NCBI GenBank assembly: GCA_964016885.1
Contig: OZ024740.1
Location: 158,348,001-158,412,000, forward strand
Direction: 5' to 3'
Source of the DNA: Eledone cirrhosa
Lineage: Eukaryota
Length of the DNA stretch: 64,000 nt
The position numbers and the translations under genes were made by a program. This document shows positions 16,725 through 29,479 of the stretch, piece after piece. A model generated the notes under the pieces. The model searched no databases. It saw only the letters and a list, made by a program, of their open reading frames with translations, and was not told where the DNA came from. Position 1 is the stretch's first letter. Each line of letters starts with the position of its first letter.

Positions 16725-19106
16725 GGAAGACATGATATGAAGGTTAAAAAACACTTGTGGATAGTGCAGTTTTAAATCAACATATGAGAAGTAGTTTTAG
16801 ATTGATGTGTGATATTGGGAAACATATTTTTTTGGGGGGGGGGTGAAAAGAGGAGGAGATGAGAGTAAAAAGTGGAGAGGGAGGAGTATAATGAGGAAGG
16901 ATGAGATAGGAGGAGAGATGGGTGATAGAGAGAGAGAGATAGCTTTTATAACTGAGAAAGATATATTGTTTTACATAGAGAGGTTGAAAACCGTTGGAAG
17001 ATAATGTATGAATTAAAAGAATTTGAAAATTAACGAAGAGAAAAATAATGTAAAGTTAAGGTTTGTATATTGAAGGGTTTAATAATATGTGCGATGAAAA
17101 GAAAATGTTAATATGTATTAAGAATAATATTTAAGGGTTTAATAATATGTGCGATGGAAAGAAAAGTTAATATGTATTAAGAATAATATTTAAGGGTTTA
17201 ATAATATGTGCGATGGAAAGAAAATGTTGATATGTATTATTAAAAAGAACAACAGGTAATTTAAGTAAGGATATATTGTGAGATGAACATGAATAAGTTA
17301 CATGAAAGGGAGAAAAGAATAATGAATTGAGGATGAATAATCTAACGTCAAAAAAATGTTTATGTTTACGAAGGATTTTTACAAGGTGATATAGAGTAAG
17401 AATGTATTGTATTATGTAATAATTGTTTCTATGTTAGGCAACAGTGAGAAAAGGTACAGATTAGGGGTTAGACATTAAAAGAAAAAGAGAAGAAAGGGAA
17501 GTGATAAATAGGAGCGATATAGAATGAGTAACAAGTATTATAGAATGAGTAACAAGTATTATATAATGTATAATAAAAACTTTGAAATAAGGTAGAAAGA
17601 TGGGTATATGTTTAAAGAAGTGTATATATATATATGTGCCTTTGAGAAAAAGATTCTAAATTGATAAAGTTTTGGATATTAGCTGTATACTTTGTGGAAT
17701 GTTTTGTGGAATTTATGCAAGCAGATAGAAAACAAGTCAGTGCGTCTATTTATTATAGAATCTAAATTAGATATAATGGTAAATTTTTCATTTAGACAGA
17801 GATTGCAAATCTTGGATAGAGAACTGTTCAAGTATAAAGACGCAGAAGAAACCTTCTTCCAAAAGATGCTATATTTGACAAAAATATTAAATATAGCATT
17901 TTTTGGAAGAAGGTTTCTTCTGTGTCTACATACTTGAACAGCTCTCTATCCAAGATTTGCAATCTCTGTCTAAATGAAAAATTTACCGTTATATCTAATT
18001 TAGATTCTATAATAAATAGACGCACTGACTTGTTTTCTATCTGCTTGCATAAATTCCACAAAACATTCCACAAAGTATACAGCTAATATCCAAAACTTTA
18101 TCAATTTAGAATCTTTTTCTCAAAGGCACATATATATATATACACCTCTTTTAAAATATACCTATCTTTCTACCTTATTTCAAAGTTTTTATTATACATT
18201 ATATAATACTTGTTACTCATTCTATAATACTTGCTACTCATTCTATATCGCTCCTATTTATCACTTCCCTTTCTTCTCTTTTTCTTTTAATGTCTAACCC
18301 CTAATCTGTACCTTTTCTCACTGTTGCCTAACATAGAAACAATTATTACATAATACAATACATTCTTACTCTATATCACCTTGTAAAAATCCTTCGTAAA
18401 CATAAACATTTTTTTGACGTTAGATTATTCATCCTCAATTCATTATTCTTTTCTCCCTTTCATGTAACTTATTCATGTTCATCTCACAATATATCCTTAC
18501 TTAAATTACCTGTTGTTCTTTTTAAAAATACATATCAACATTTTCTTTCCATCGCACATATTATTAAACCCTTAAATATTATTCTTAATACATATTAACA
18601 TTTTCTTTTCATCGCACATATTATTAAACCCTTAAATATTATTCTTAATACATATTAACATTTTCTTTTCATCGCACATGTTATTAAACCCTTACATATT
18701 ATTCTTAATACATATTAACATTTTCTTTTCATCGCACATATTATTAAACCCTTCAATATACAAACCTTAACTTTACATTATTTTTCTCTTCGTTAATTTT
18801 CAAATTCTTTTAATTCATACATTATCTTCCAACGGTTTTCAACGTCTCTATGTAAAACAACGTCTCTATGTAAAACAATATATCTTTCTCAGTTATAAAA
18901 GCTATCTCTCCTCCTATTTCATCCTTCCTCATTATACTCCTCCCTCTCCACTTTTTACTCTCATCTCCTCCTCTTTTCATCCCCCCCCCCACCTCAAAAT
19001 AAAATATTTTTCCCAATATCACACATCAATCTAAAACTGCTTTTCATATGTTGATTTAAAACTGCACTATCCACAAGTGTTTTTTAACCTTCATATCATG
19101 TCTTCC

Positions 19107-19177
19107 TGTCTTATCTGATGAAAACACAAATATTATTGCATGATGATATTTGTTTTTGAAATGCGCATAATAAAATA
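19107..19177 (+). ncRNA. Type I hammerhead ribozyme (inverted-arm copy)
   Basis: CTGATGA 19115-19121, GAAA 19158-19161, palindromic tgcgca stem III. Confidence 0.75.
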
Positions 19178-19207
19178 CATGGAACTCTTTTAACCATCTT
19201 TTGTTCT

Positions 19208-19275
<68 letters not shown>

Positions 19276-19288
19276 TTATTTATATATG

Positions 19289-19322
<34 letters not shown>

Positions 19323-19334
19323 TATTTATATATG

Positions 19335-19389
<55 letters not shown>

Positions 19390-19454
19390 TTAAATTGAAA
19401 CAAAATGAAAACGAAATTTCATTTCTCACTCTTAGTATGGCACTTACTTAAATG

Positions 19455-19952
19455 TAAGTATGCATGTATACGTGCATACATATATGTATACAGACGTACA
19501 GTAGCATGCACATATATATATATATATACATATATACATACATATGCATACAGGTACACATACATATATGCACGTATCAGTTTAGCGGCGCTAACGTCGC
19601 TTTGTTCGTTTGTAAACAAACTGAACAGCCTGAATTTATGCCATACGGTGTTAAGGCAACCACGTCACCTTTTTGTTCAACACTGACACAGGAACGATGT
19701 ACTAGTACATCGTTCCTGTGTCAGTGTTGAACAAAAAGGTGACGTGGTTGCCTTAACACCGTATGGCATAAATTCAGGCTGTTCAGTTTGTTTACAAACG
19801 AACAAAGCGACGTTAGCGCCGCTAAACTGATACGTGCATATATGTATGTGTACCTGTATGCATATGTATGTATATATGTATATATATATATATATGTGCA
19901 TGCTACTGTACGTCTGTATACATATATGTATGCACGTATACATGCATACTTA
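19455..19952. repeat. ~498-bp spacerless palindrome
   Basis: Centred on actagt 19701-19706; ORFs 19464..19730(+) and 19677..19943(-) are identical. Confidence 0.9.
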
Positions 19953-19968
19953 TATTTATTTATATATG

Positions 19969-20025
<57 letters not shown>

Positions 20026-20056
20026 TTATATATGTATATATATATATGTATATATA

Positions 20057-20091
<35 letters not shown>

Positions 20092-20267
20092 AATATATAT
20101 ATATAACAGTATATATATATATATATAAAAAGAGAGGAAGACAGATAAAGATATACTGATATAGATAGATAAATAGATAGATACATACACACAAGTATGT
20201 ATACATTCATACACAAGACAAGAACCACATATAGATTTACAAAATATATACGTACATACATAGATAC

Positions 20268-20770
20268 ATGATGGCTGCAACTCGATTTCGAGTAATGCCA
20301 ATGAAAGATACTTAAATATGAGCATCACTGACGTGGTATTTTACTCCTGCTAAGGATTTGCCTATGGCCAGCAATACCATGCATTGCAAAAAATGTCACA
20401 TATCAAGCGATGCCTTTACTTGAAGCTTTTTTAAGTGAAGAAAGGTTTGCCCGAGGCCAATCCCACTCTCTGAATATCGAATGCATTTTCCCCAAAAGAA
20501 GAACTGGTTTACATCATTGGATGCAAACGAAGTCGCAGGTTTTATATCTCCTAGTCAGATTTCTTAAGGAAGACTATGCCTCTCTCGCTCCATAAAAAAA
20601 TACTTTATTGGATGGCCATTGACTCTCCTGAGTTCCTCCGCCATTTGAGGAGTTTGTTTGTCATCCAGCAAGGTGTCCAAAATCAACCTCCTCACTAAGT
20701 AAGGTTGGTGGGGTTGCTGGCTTAGTCACCGACGACCCGATCATGCACAGGTTGTACTGGGTTACAAGTT
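20268..20770 (-). mobile_element. Short RTE-related non-autonomous element flanked by ATGT-type repeats
   Basis: 3' end tcgaaatcgagttgcagccatcatgt; 5' part homologous to 44309-44823, 49222-49737 and 49800-50220. Confidence 0.55.
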
Positions 20771-20825
20771 ACATATATACATACATACATACATACATAC
20801 ATACATACATACATACATACATACA

Positions 20826-20855
<30 letters not shown>

Positions 20856-20856
<1 letters not shown>

Positions 20857-21058
20857 TAATGGAGCTACAGGTTATATACCAATCCGCTTGGACCAAAGTA
20901 TGACTGAACTTGGATTTGTGGACAAAGAGCGTAGCTCCCTAATTCATAGACTACAAATGGCTGCGATAGCTGGCTCCTTCAAAATTTGCAAAACATTCTT
21001 GCGATTCAAGGGATGACAATTTCTTTTACAATCGTGCCACCAGGAAGGTGGCCGGTCA
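20856..21058 (+). mobile_element. R4/Dong-like family B extreme 3' fragment after (CATA)n
   Basis: Matches 50970-51175. Confidence 0.75.
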
Positions 21059-22104
21059 AATATTTACACAGAAAAGTGAGAATGTTTTAGTAAATTTTTA
21101 TTAGTTGTAGTGATTTGAATTCACATCAAATCCTTTATACATTTGTCTTCTATTTTATTTCCATTTATATTGGGAACTTGAAAGGAATATTAAATACACC
21201 ACAAATTTGACTGGTACTTTATTTATTGACTGCTTACATAGATTTGTATTTGTTTCGTGTTATATATTTAACAAAGTCCTGAGTGTTCACTATCATTAGA
21301 AATAATTCTAAATCTACACGCAATTTCTCAAATACTGTTTTTGAAAATATCATACAGAGATCGAATTAATCAATTCTATATGATTAAGTGTCACATAATT
21401 TTCATAAAATATGTGGATAGTGTTATATAACTGGAAGCCAGTTCTGCATAGATGACCGTATATAACAACGCCGTCTGCTAGATAATATGATAAATTTCAT
21501 TAATAGGTTTTGACATATAGAAATTGTTATCTTCTACTGTGAATACAAATCTATCCCCTGGACTTTCAATATGTCCATTCAGCAACTTGGCTCACATATT
21601 TAATTCTATATGCTCCACTTTGTCTAGCAAATGAATGAACATCCTAAGTTTTGGGGAAATAGATTGATAAATTAGTGTCTAATCCTAGAGATATTTGACT
21701 TTAGTTTGGTTATCTGTCTAACAAGATGTCCTGTAGTTCATTCTTATATCCATGTATGCACGTGTGTAATGTTGGTTTCATTTCCAACTACTTTACATAT
21801 CTTGGAAATGCTTCTGTCCGTTTATTTATCAGTGAATTATAAAAAAAGCAAACTGACCGCAGCCAAAATACAGCATTCGCAGAAGACTAACGGCAAATGT
21901 CTGTTTTCGAGAATTTATCTAAGAGATTTTGAAAGAAGTCAGTGAGTAAACAGAATATACAGTTGTAGATCGTATTAATGTGGTATTTTGAAGAATTATA
22001 TCAGATGTGAAAGCTAAAACATTGCAGTTTCAATAAATCCCGTTTCATTTTTTTTACTCTCGGCAATCCTTCCCAGATAATGCAATAAAACAGAGAAAAG
22101 ATGC

Positions 22105-22142
<38 letters not shown>

Positions 22143-22228
22143 AGAGAGATATTTAATTTGTTGGTAATTCCACAAATATATTTATAACAGATTCAAAGCA
22201 CTCGACAAGTTTTCTGGAGTATAATATC

Positions 22229-22548
22229 AATGATATTAATACATGGAAACTATATTTATAAAACCATATTTATTCTATTATATATATTTCAAGGGTACCA
22301 ATAATTTGGTACGCTCTCATCAGATAAAATACAAAATTTGTTTTATAAATAGTGACATACCCAGGAATCAGACCTTAACAGAACCTGAACTATTAAGGTC
22401 TGATTCCTGGGTATGTCACTATTTATAAAACAAATTTTGTATTTTATCTGATGAGATGGTACCAAAACTTTGGTACGCTCTGAAATATATATAATAGAAT
22501 AAATATGGTTTTATAAATATAGTTTCCATTTATTAATATCATTGATAT
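22229..22548. mobile_element. Fold-back PLE end with HHRs at 22271-22331(-) and 22440-22501(+)
   Basis: Inverted repeat centred near 22385; tattttat-CTGATGA-..gtaccaaa..ttggtac..-GAAAT-atat-ATA-atagaata. Confidence 0.75.
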
Positions 22549-22549
22549 T

Positions 22550-22659
<110 letters not shown>

Positions 22660-22808
22660 CTTTTCTCTTTCTTTCTCTCCGTCTTTTTCTAATTGTGCTT
22701 AACACTATGACTTATTATATGAACAAATCACTATCCAGACAGCCTCCAAAAGTAATGGTTGTATTTTAAAGGGTACGTCAAACCTATTTGTAAAACTGTT
22801 ATATATTG

Positions 22809-22873
22809 TATTTTGTCTGATGAAGGCATACCATAATTTAATGTGGTATCCCTGAAATATGTATAATGAAATA
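22809..22873 (+). ncRNA. Type I hammerhead ribozyme in a related pLTR (22655-22915)
   Basis: tattttgt-CTGATGA-aggcataccat..gtggtatccct-GAAAT-atgt-ATA-atgaaata. Confidence 0.7.
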
Positions 22874-22912
22874 AATATGGTTTTATAAATATAGTTTCCA
22901 TTTATTAATATC

Positions 22913-22963
<51 letters not shown>

Positions 22964-23180
22964 TGTATATATAGTGTATTTTGCAGTATTATACAAAGCA
23001 GGTCCAGCAAAAATTGAAAATTAGAATTGGTGCTCTGAAATAGCGATATATATATATGAATGTATATATAGTGTATTTTGCAATACACTGTATGCTTAAT
23101 TAAAAGCATTTTGAAGACCTTACGCTATTGTTTTAAAGTAGTGACTATGTCACTTACTTCTTTTTTCAACAAACAGAGAG

Positions 23181-23230
23181 ATAAGCTGACAGATCTCTGT
23201 TTCATACTGTTGGTATTCCTCAGAGCTTAT
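23181..23230 (-). ncRNA. Canonical minimal type I hammerhead ribozyme
   Basis: ataagct-CTGAGGA-atac caaca gtat-GAAAC-agagatct-GTC-agcttat. Confidence 0.9.
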
Positions 23231-23469
23231 CCCTACCCTTGTTTGTTGAAAATTATGAATGTTGGATTCTTATAGAGTTCCAGTAATAATCAGGAAATGA
23301 TTATACAGAGCGGTTGCCGGTCCAGCAAAAATTGAAAATTAGAATCAGAGCACCAATTCTAATTTTCAGTTTTTGCTGGACAGGCAACCGGTCTGTATAA
23401 TCATTTCCAGATTATTACTGGAACTCTATAAGAATCCAACATTCATAATTTTCAACAACAAGGGTAGGG

Positions 23470-23519
23470 GTAAGCTCTGAGGAATACCAACAGTATGAAA
23501 CAGAGATCTGTCAGCTTAC
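23470..23519 (+). ncRNA. Canonical minimal type I hammerhead ribozyme
   Basis: gtaagct-CTGAGGA-atac caaca gtat-GAAAC-agagatct-GTC-agcttac; the outer stem I pair is g-c here and a-t in the other copy. Confidence 0.9.
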
Positions 23520-23738
23520 TTCTTTTTTTCAATAAACAAAGGGAGATAAGTGACATATTCCACTACTTTAAAACAATAGCGTAAGGTCTTCAAAATGCTT
23601 TTAATTAAGCATACAGTGTATTGCAATATACACTATATATACATTCATATATATATCGCTATTTCAGAGCACCAATTCTAATTTTCAATTTTTGCTGGAC
23701 CGGCTTTGTATAATACTGCAAAATACACTATATATACA

Positions 23739-23781
<43 letters not shown>

Positions 23782-23783
<2 letters not shown>

Positions 23784-23973
23784 CGAAGGAAATGTGGTAA
23801 GGAACCAGGAGGACCATAACGCACCAAAGTACTCAATACTTGAGGTAGTAGTGTGGGTAATAGGAACCAGTAAGACCCCGACAGCTGAGCTCAAGCCGTT
23901 CCCACGGCTAATTCATTAGGGGAATTAGCCGTCGAAACGGCTTGAGCTCAGCTGTCGGGGTCTTACTGGTTCC

Positions 23974-23975
<2 letters not shown>
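23782..23975 (-). mobile_element. Short fold-back PLE end in (TA)n
   Basis: 23860-23913 is inverted at 23922-23975; same family as 29222-29426. Confidence 0.65.
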
Positions 23976-24059
<84 letters not shown>

Positions 24060-24062
<3 letters not shown>

Positions 24063-24845
24063 TATTTTCCGTAGTGTTGTAATATAAATATTACACACAG
24101 TAGATGGACAGCTCACGTAGAGTTTGCTCGACGGTTCCAGTTGTAGTTCCAAAAGTAAACCGGAGAAAAATAGAAGGATTTTAATGGATACAGTTTAGTT
24201 AAAAGGAATTTATTGACACGTGTTTCTATAACAGTTACATAACCTGAAAACAGCTGCTATCTACAAAGTATTAGTTATGCAGACATTCAATATTTCAATG
24301 TTATTATCAACTGTCATTTCATCGGAATAATTTTACTGAGGACCTGTTTGGTTTTTATAGAGAATATTAGGAGGGAGGGGTGAAGTTGTTAGAAGAATAG
24401 TTGAGGGAGTGGTTTTTTGATAGCAGTGAGAATTTTTGGTGGCAGTGAGTAATTAGATTCCCATCTGTTGTTTTGACATTTTTATAGAATATATTATTGG
24501 ATATTTTTCTAAATCTATAGAAGGATTAGAGATAGTATAGATATGCGTGGTTGGGTTTGTGTTTGCACTTAATTAACATTCAGACTTAAATTTTTCTTTC
24601 AAGTGTACGTATCCTTTCGCCCACGCATTCACACACAAACATATATGCACACCTCTACAAAATACATATACTCACATACACATACTTACATGCTCATACT
24701 TACATACATATACACATGCATACATATATATATACACATATATACATGTACATACATACGCGTTCATGTGTATACATTTTCATACTCAACTTATCTTTAT
24801 ATACACACGTATAGACACACACATATATACACACATACTCCAGTC

Positions 24846-24898
<53 letters not shown>

Positions 24899-25449
24899 AC
24901 TTTAATACATGAATGCACTTACATCTAACTATACACATCAAACATATATATATATTTACTTATTCATATACATTTTCACATATATATACATACTTGTGGT
25001 CGCTTTTAGACACATTCATTATAGCATATTTGCACCTATTCTCATCAGCATATCTTTCCATTATTAGTGTGGTAATTTAAGGTTATTAATATACATATAT
25101 ATGTTGAGAAGAGATTATTTTTATATTTTTCTAACTAGATTGAGGTTTATATAGTTGGGGGGTTGTCCCTCTTTTATGTAATATTCAGCTTGTAGTGGGG
25201 AAAAAAGGCTTTTAGTTCGGTGACGGCAGAATAATGTTCGTTCAATTCTGTTATTCAGCAATTTCCTCTTGTGTGTGATTATGTAATAGATTTCAAGATT
25301 ACACAATTTGCAGAAATATTGCAGAAATATTGAATGTCTGCATAACTAATACTTTGTAGATAGCAGCTGTTTTCAGGTTATGTAACTGTTATAGAAACAC
25401 GTGTCAATAAATTCCTTTTAACTAAACTGTATCCATTAAAATCCTTCTA
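24060..25449 (-). mobile_element. 5'-truncated PLE with GIY-YIG C-terminus and inverted partial pLTR
   Basis: Minus frame near 25310-25200 reads CKLCNLEIYYIITHKRKLLNNRIERTLFCRH, a PLE EN C-terminal pattern; 24171-24296 is inverted at 25324-25449. Confidence 0.7.
24207..24332 (-). ncRNA. Hammerhead ribozyme with U4C core and ~90-nt stem II
   Basis: aattatt-CCGATGA-aatgacagtt...aactgttata-GAAAC-acgt-GTC-aataaatt. Confidence 0.6.
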
Positions 25450-25489
25450 TATATATATATATATATATATATCAATGAATAATCATTTA

Positions 25490-25738
25490 CTATACTATAT
25501 GTTTTCAACAATAATATTATACTATACATTTCAACAGTAAAATTATACTATACATTTCAACAGTAATACTATACTATATATTTTCAACAGTAATGCCGTA
25601 CTATATATTTTCAACAGTAATACTGTACTGTACTATATAATTTCAACAGTAATACTGTAATATATATTTTCAACAGTAATACTATACTATATATTTTCAA
25701 CAGTAATACTATACTCTATATTTTCAACAGTAATACTC
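25490..25738 (-). repeat. 27-bp minisatellite (inverted orientation)
   Basis: Reverse complement of tatagtattactgttgaaaatatatag. Confidence 0.85.
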
Positions 25739-26216
25739 TACGAAACAGAGTTCTGTCAGCTTTATCTCCCCCTGTTTGCTGAAAATTTAAAGTAAGTGAC
25801 ACTGTCACTACTCTAAAACAATACCGTAAGGTCTTCGAAATGCTTTTAATTAAGCATACAGTGTATTGCAAAATACACTATATATACATTCATATATTTA
25901 TATCGCTATTTCAGAGCACCAATTATAATTTTCAATTTCTCCTTGACCGGCAACCGCTCTGTATAATCAGTTCCTGATTATTACTAGAATTCTATAAGAA
26001 TCAAACATTCATGATTTTCAGCAAGCAGGTGGAGTACTTAGCTTGGATAAGTACCAAAAAGTACGAAACAGAACTCTGTCAGCTTTATCTCCCCCTGTTT
26101 GCTGAAAATTTTAAGTAAGTGAGACTGTTACTACTCTAAAACAATAGCGTAAGGTCTTCGAAATGCTTTTAATTAAGCAAACAGTGTATTGCAAAATACA
26201 CTGTATATACATTCAT
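25739..26216 (+). mobile_element. Retrozyme-like element, ~1.5 monomers, period 323
   Basis: gaaacag at 25742 and 26065; HHR variant agct-TGGATAA-gtac caaaaa gtac-GAAAC-agaactct-GTC-agct at 26040-26084. Confidence 0.7.
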
Positions 26217-26219
26217 AGG

Positions 26220-26775
26220 GTATTATTGTTGAAAATATATGGTATAGTATTACTGTTGAAAATATATAGTACAGTATTACTGTTGAAAATATATAGTATA
26301 GTATTACTGTTGAAAATATATAGTACAGTATTACTATTGAAAATATATAGTATAGTATTACTGTTGAAAATATATAGTATAATATTACTGTTGAAAACAT
26401 ACAGTATAGTATAGTATTACTGTTGAAAATATATAGTATAGTTCAGTATTACTGTTGAAAATATATAGTATAGTACAGTATTACTGTTGAAAATATATAG
26501 TATAGTATAGTATTACAGTTGAAAATATATAGTATAGTATTACTGTTGAAAATATATAGTATAGTATTACTGGTGAAAATATATAGTATAATATAGTATC
26601 ACTGTTGAAAATATATATTACTATCGAAAATGTATAGTATTAATGTTAAAAATATATAGTACAGTATTACTGTTGAAAATATAGAGTACAGTACAGTATT
26701 ACTTGTGAAAATATATAGTACAGTACAGTATTACTGATGAAAATATATAGTATAGTATTACTGTTGAAAATATGT
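26220..26775 (+). repeat. 27/32-bp minisatellite
   Basis: Tandem tatagtattactgttgaaaatatatag units (source of the SIVLLLKIY pseudo-ORF). Confidence 0.9.
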
Positions 26776-27120
26776 TCACGAATATATAGTTATATATATA
26801 TATATAATTAATTAAAAGTTGGTTAGAAGCGAAGTCAATGCAGACAGGCAGACATACAGACAGATATTATAAGGGCGCGACGTTATAGGTATGTATCTAT
26901 CTAAAAAGACAGAGTAAGAAGAGAGAGGAATGTCGTATTATATATATTATATATAATAAAGTACCAGTAATGTACTGGGATAATCGCTGGCCTTGTGCCA
27001 AAGTAGAAACAATTATACTTCTGTTTTATACAACGTAAATAACATGTGTATGTATGTATATATACGTATAAAGGAATGCTGTAATAAAATGTACAAATTA
27101 AACTGTCTCTTATTTATGAT

Positions 27121-27183
<63 letters not shown>

Positions 27184-27189
<6 letters not shown>

Positions 27190-27514
27190 AAAAAGGGATG
27201 AAATCGAAAATGCAACTGAAGTCTTATTTTTTTTTTAAATATATATATTTATTTGGTTCCTTTACCGGTTTCGCAGTTCTTCTGCTTTTCAAAAGGTGAG
27301 TTGAGAGGGATGTGAGAAAAACCACAGACTCTCCATCTCAACTCACCTTTTGAAAAGCAGAAGAACTGCGAAACCGGTAAAGGAACCAAATAAATATATA
27401 TATTTTTTAAAAAAATAAGACTTCAGTTGCATTTTCGATTTCATCCCTTTTTCTTTATACTTCCACTCGTGTAGGACACCTCGGTTATTTTTCATTTTGT
27501 AAAAAAAACCTCAC

Positions 27515-27520
<6 letters not shown>
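27184..27520 (+). mobile_element. Fold-back PLE end with U3-A8 variant HHRs at 27259-27296(-) and 27346-27383(+)
   Basis: 27184-27306 is inverted at ~27336-27459; cctt-TTGAAAA-gcag aagaa ctgc-GAAAC-cg-GTA-aagg. Confidence 0.75.
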
Positions 27521-27584
<64 letters not shown>

Positions 27585-27606
27585 TATATATATATATACA
27601 CACACA

Positions 27607-27674
<68 letters not shown>

Positions 27675-28912
27675 TATATATATATACACACTATAAATAT
27701 ATATATATATATACACACACACTATATATACATATATATACACACACAGATAACGAAGTCAATGTACAGAATGGTTTTCGTAATGCAGACAGCCAGACAT
27801 ACAGACATATATTATAAGGGCTCGTTTTATCTCCCCTCCTCTCTCTCTTATTCTGCATGTCAAATTATAATAACGTATTTTGTGCAATGTTTCAAGCTAC
27901 GTCTATATACGTTACAGAAAGTGTTTCTCTATGTTTCTCGTGTTTTGTGTATGTATGTCATTTTGCTGGACTAGATATTTGTGAGTCCACATACACACGG
28001 TGGGCTCTGTGTATGTACATATGTACTTCTACTTATGGGTATGTATGTATATAATCCTTACGTTATTATTATACACGTATGTATATTCATGCACATATAC
28101 ACACATATATTTGTACACGTATATATGTCCTTCTGGTTTATCTATATATATGTATGTTATTCTGGTTTTTATCTATACACGTTTATGTGATGCATGTATG
28201 TAAGTATAAATATACGTGCGTATGTATGTGTTTGTAAATATGTACTAGAGTGTGCATGTGTGAGTGCCACGTTCGTGCATGCGTCTGTTTGTCTGTGTGT
28301 ATTCTGTTCTTTTCAGCTATTTTCAACAGAAATAACAATCGCACATTTTTCCGATAGTTTTAACAAGGTTTCTTTGTTGTTTCAATCCAGACAACAATAA
28401 ACTGCTGTGGACTTTCGCTAAACTTCAGTAAAGTGTTACATATTTTTACCATTCTCACTAATGGATTGGATATGTAACAAGTCTTGCCTGTCAACAGGAT
28501 TTATTTGTTTCGTAAACACAATCAGTAGATATCGGTTAGATTTATAATGCTTTAGATCAGCACAAAATAATTTATTTTTCTAGATTTCTTTCTAACAGAT
28601 TTAATAAGATGAGGAGGGAGAATGGCACCAGCGATATAGTTCTAGAACATTTTGTTTTGGAAGAGGGAAAAAGGATGGAAAAACCAACTACCTAACAGTT
28701 ATCCTCAGAGAGCTCAAATGCTTTCAACAGAATTGTCGAGTCGTGAGGGTATTGAATTCATGATCATAAAGTTCGATACCATCATTTGTGGAGCCTCTTA
28801 TAAGATTCAACCCCGAAGAAAGCTGGTTAAAGCTGCATACATGCGAGCTATAAAAATAGACATCACTTTACTAAAGTCATCCAAGAGCCACACACACACA
28901 CACAACACACAC

Positions 28913-28960
<48 letters not shown>

Positions 28961-28965
28961 CGCAC

Positions 28966-29051
<86 letters not shown>

Positions 29052-29185
29052 CTATCTACATATGAAAGATGGTGATGGTTATTTCATTATGTCAAATAGC
29101 AAAAGAAAAGGCAAGTCAAATATATATAAAGACTAGCTGGCCCGTCCGGCTGGCGCCCGGCTACCATTGGCGTGTTCTACGGTAT

Positions 29186-29221
<36 letters not shown>

Positions 29222-29223
<2 letters not shown>

Positions 29224-29422
29224 CGAAGGAAATGTGGTAAGGAACCAGGTGGACCATAACGCACCAAAGTACTCAATACTTAGGGTAGTAGAGTGGTTAA
29301 TAGGAACAAGTAAGACCCCGACGGCTGAGCTCAAGCCGTTTCGACGGCTAATTCTGGACTGAATTCAGTCAAGAATTAGCCGTCGAAACGGCTTGAGCTC
29401 AGCCGTCGGGGTCTTACTTGTT

Positions 29423-29426
<4 letters not shown>
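29222..29426 (-). mobile_element. Short fold-back PLE end in (TA)n
   Basis: Palindrome centred on gaattc 29361-29366; contains the GAAAC-ggc..gcc-GTC half of an HHR. Confidence 0.65.

Positions 29427-29476
<50 letters not shown>

Positions 29477-29479
<3 letters not shown>

Larger units (their letters stand above)
16528..19217. mobile_element. 2.6-kb fold-back (inverted duplication) of a PLE 3' region
   Basis: 16614-17876 is inverted at 17889-19217 with a 12-bp spacer. An ~85-bp tail lies only on the left. HHR in each arm; (TA)n flanks. Confidence 0.8.
22960..23745. mobile_element. Retrozyme-like element: ~318-bp monomer plus inverted copy
   Basis: Period 318 (ggtccagcaaaaattg at 23001 and 23319); inverted copy from 23346; shares boxes with the 310-bp array. 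Confidence 0.75.

Noticed and set aside
17692-18073. Pair of similar 81-aa ORFs on opposite strands
   Set aside because: Consequence of the inverted duplication; no known motif
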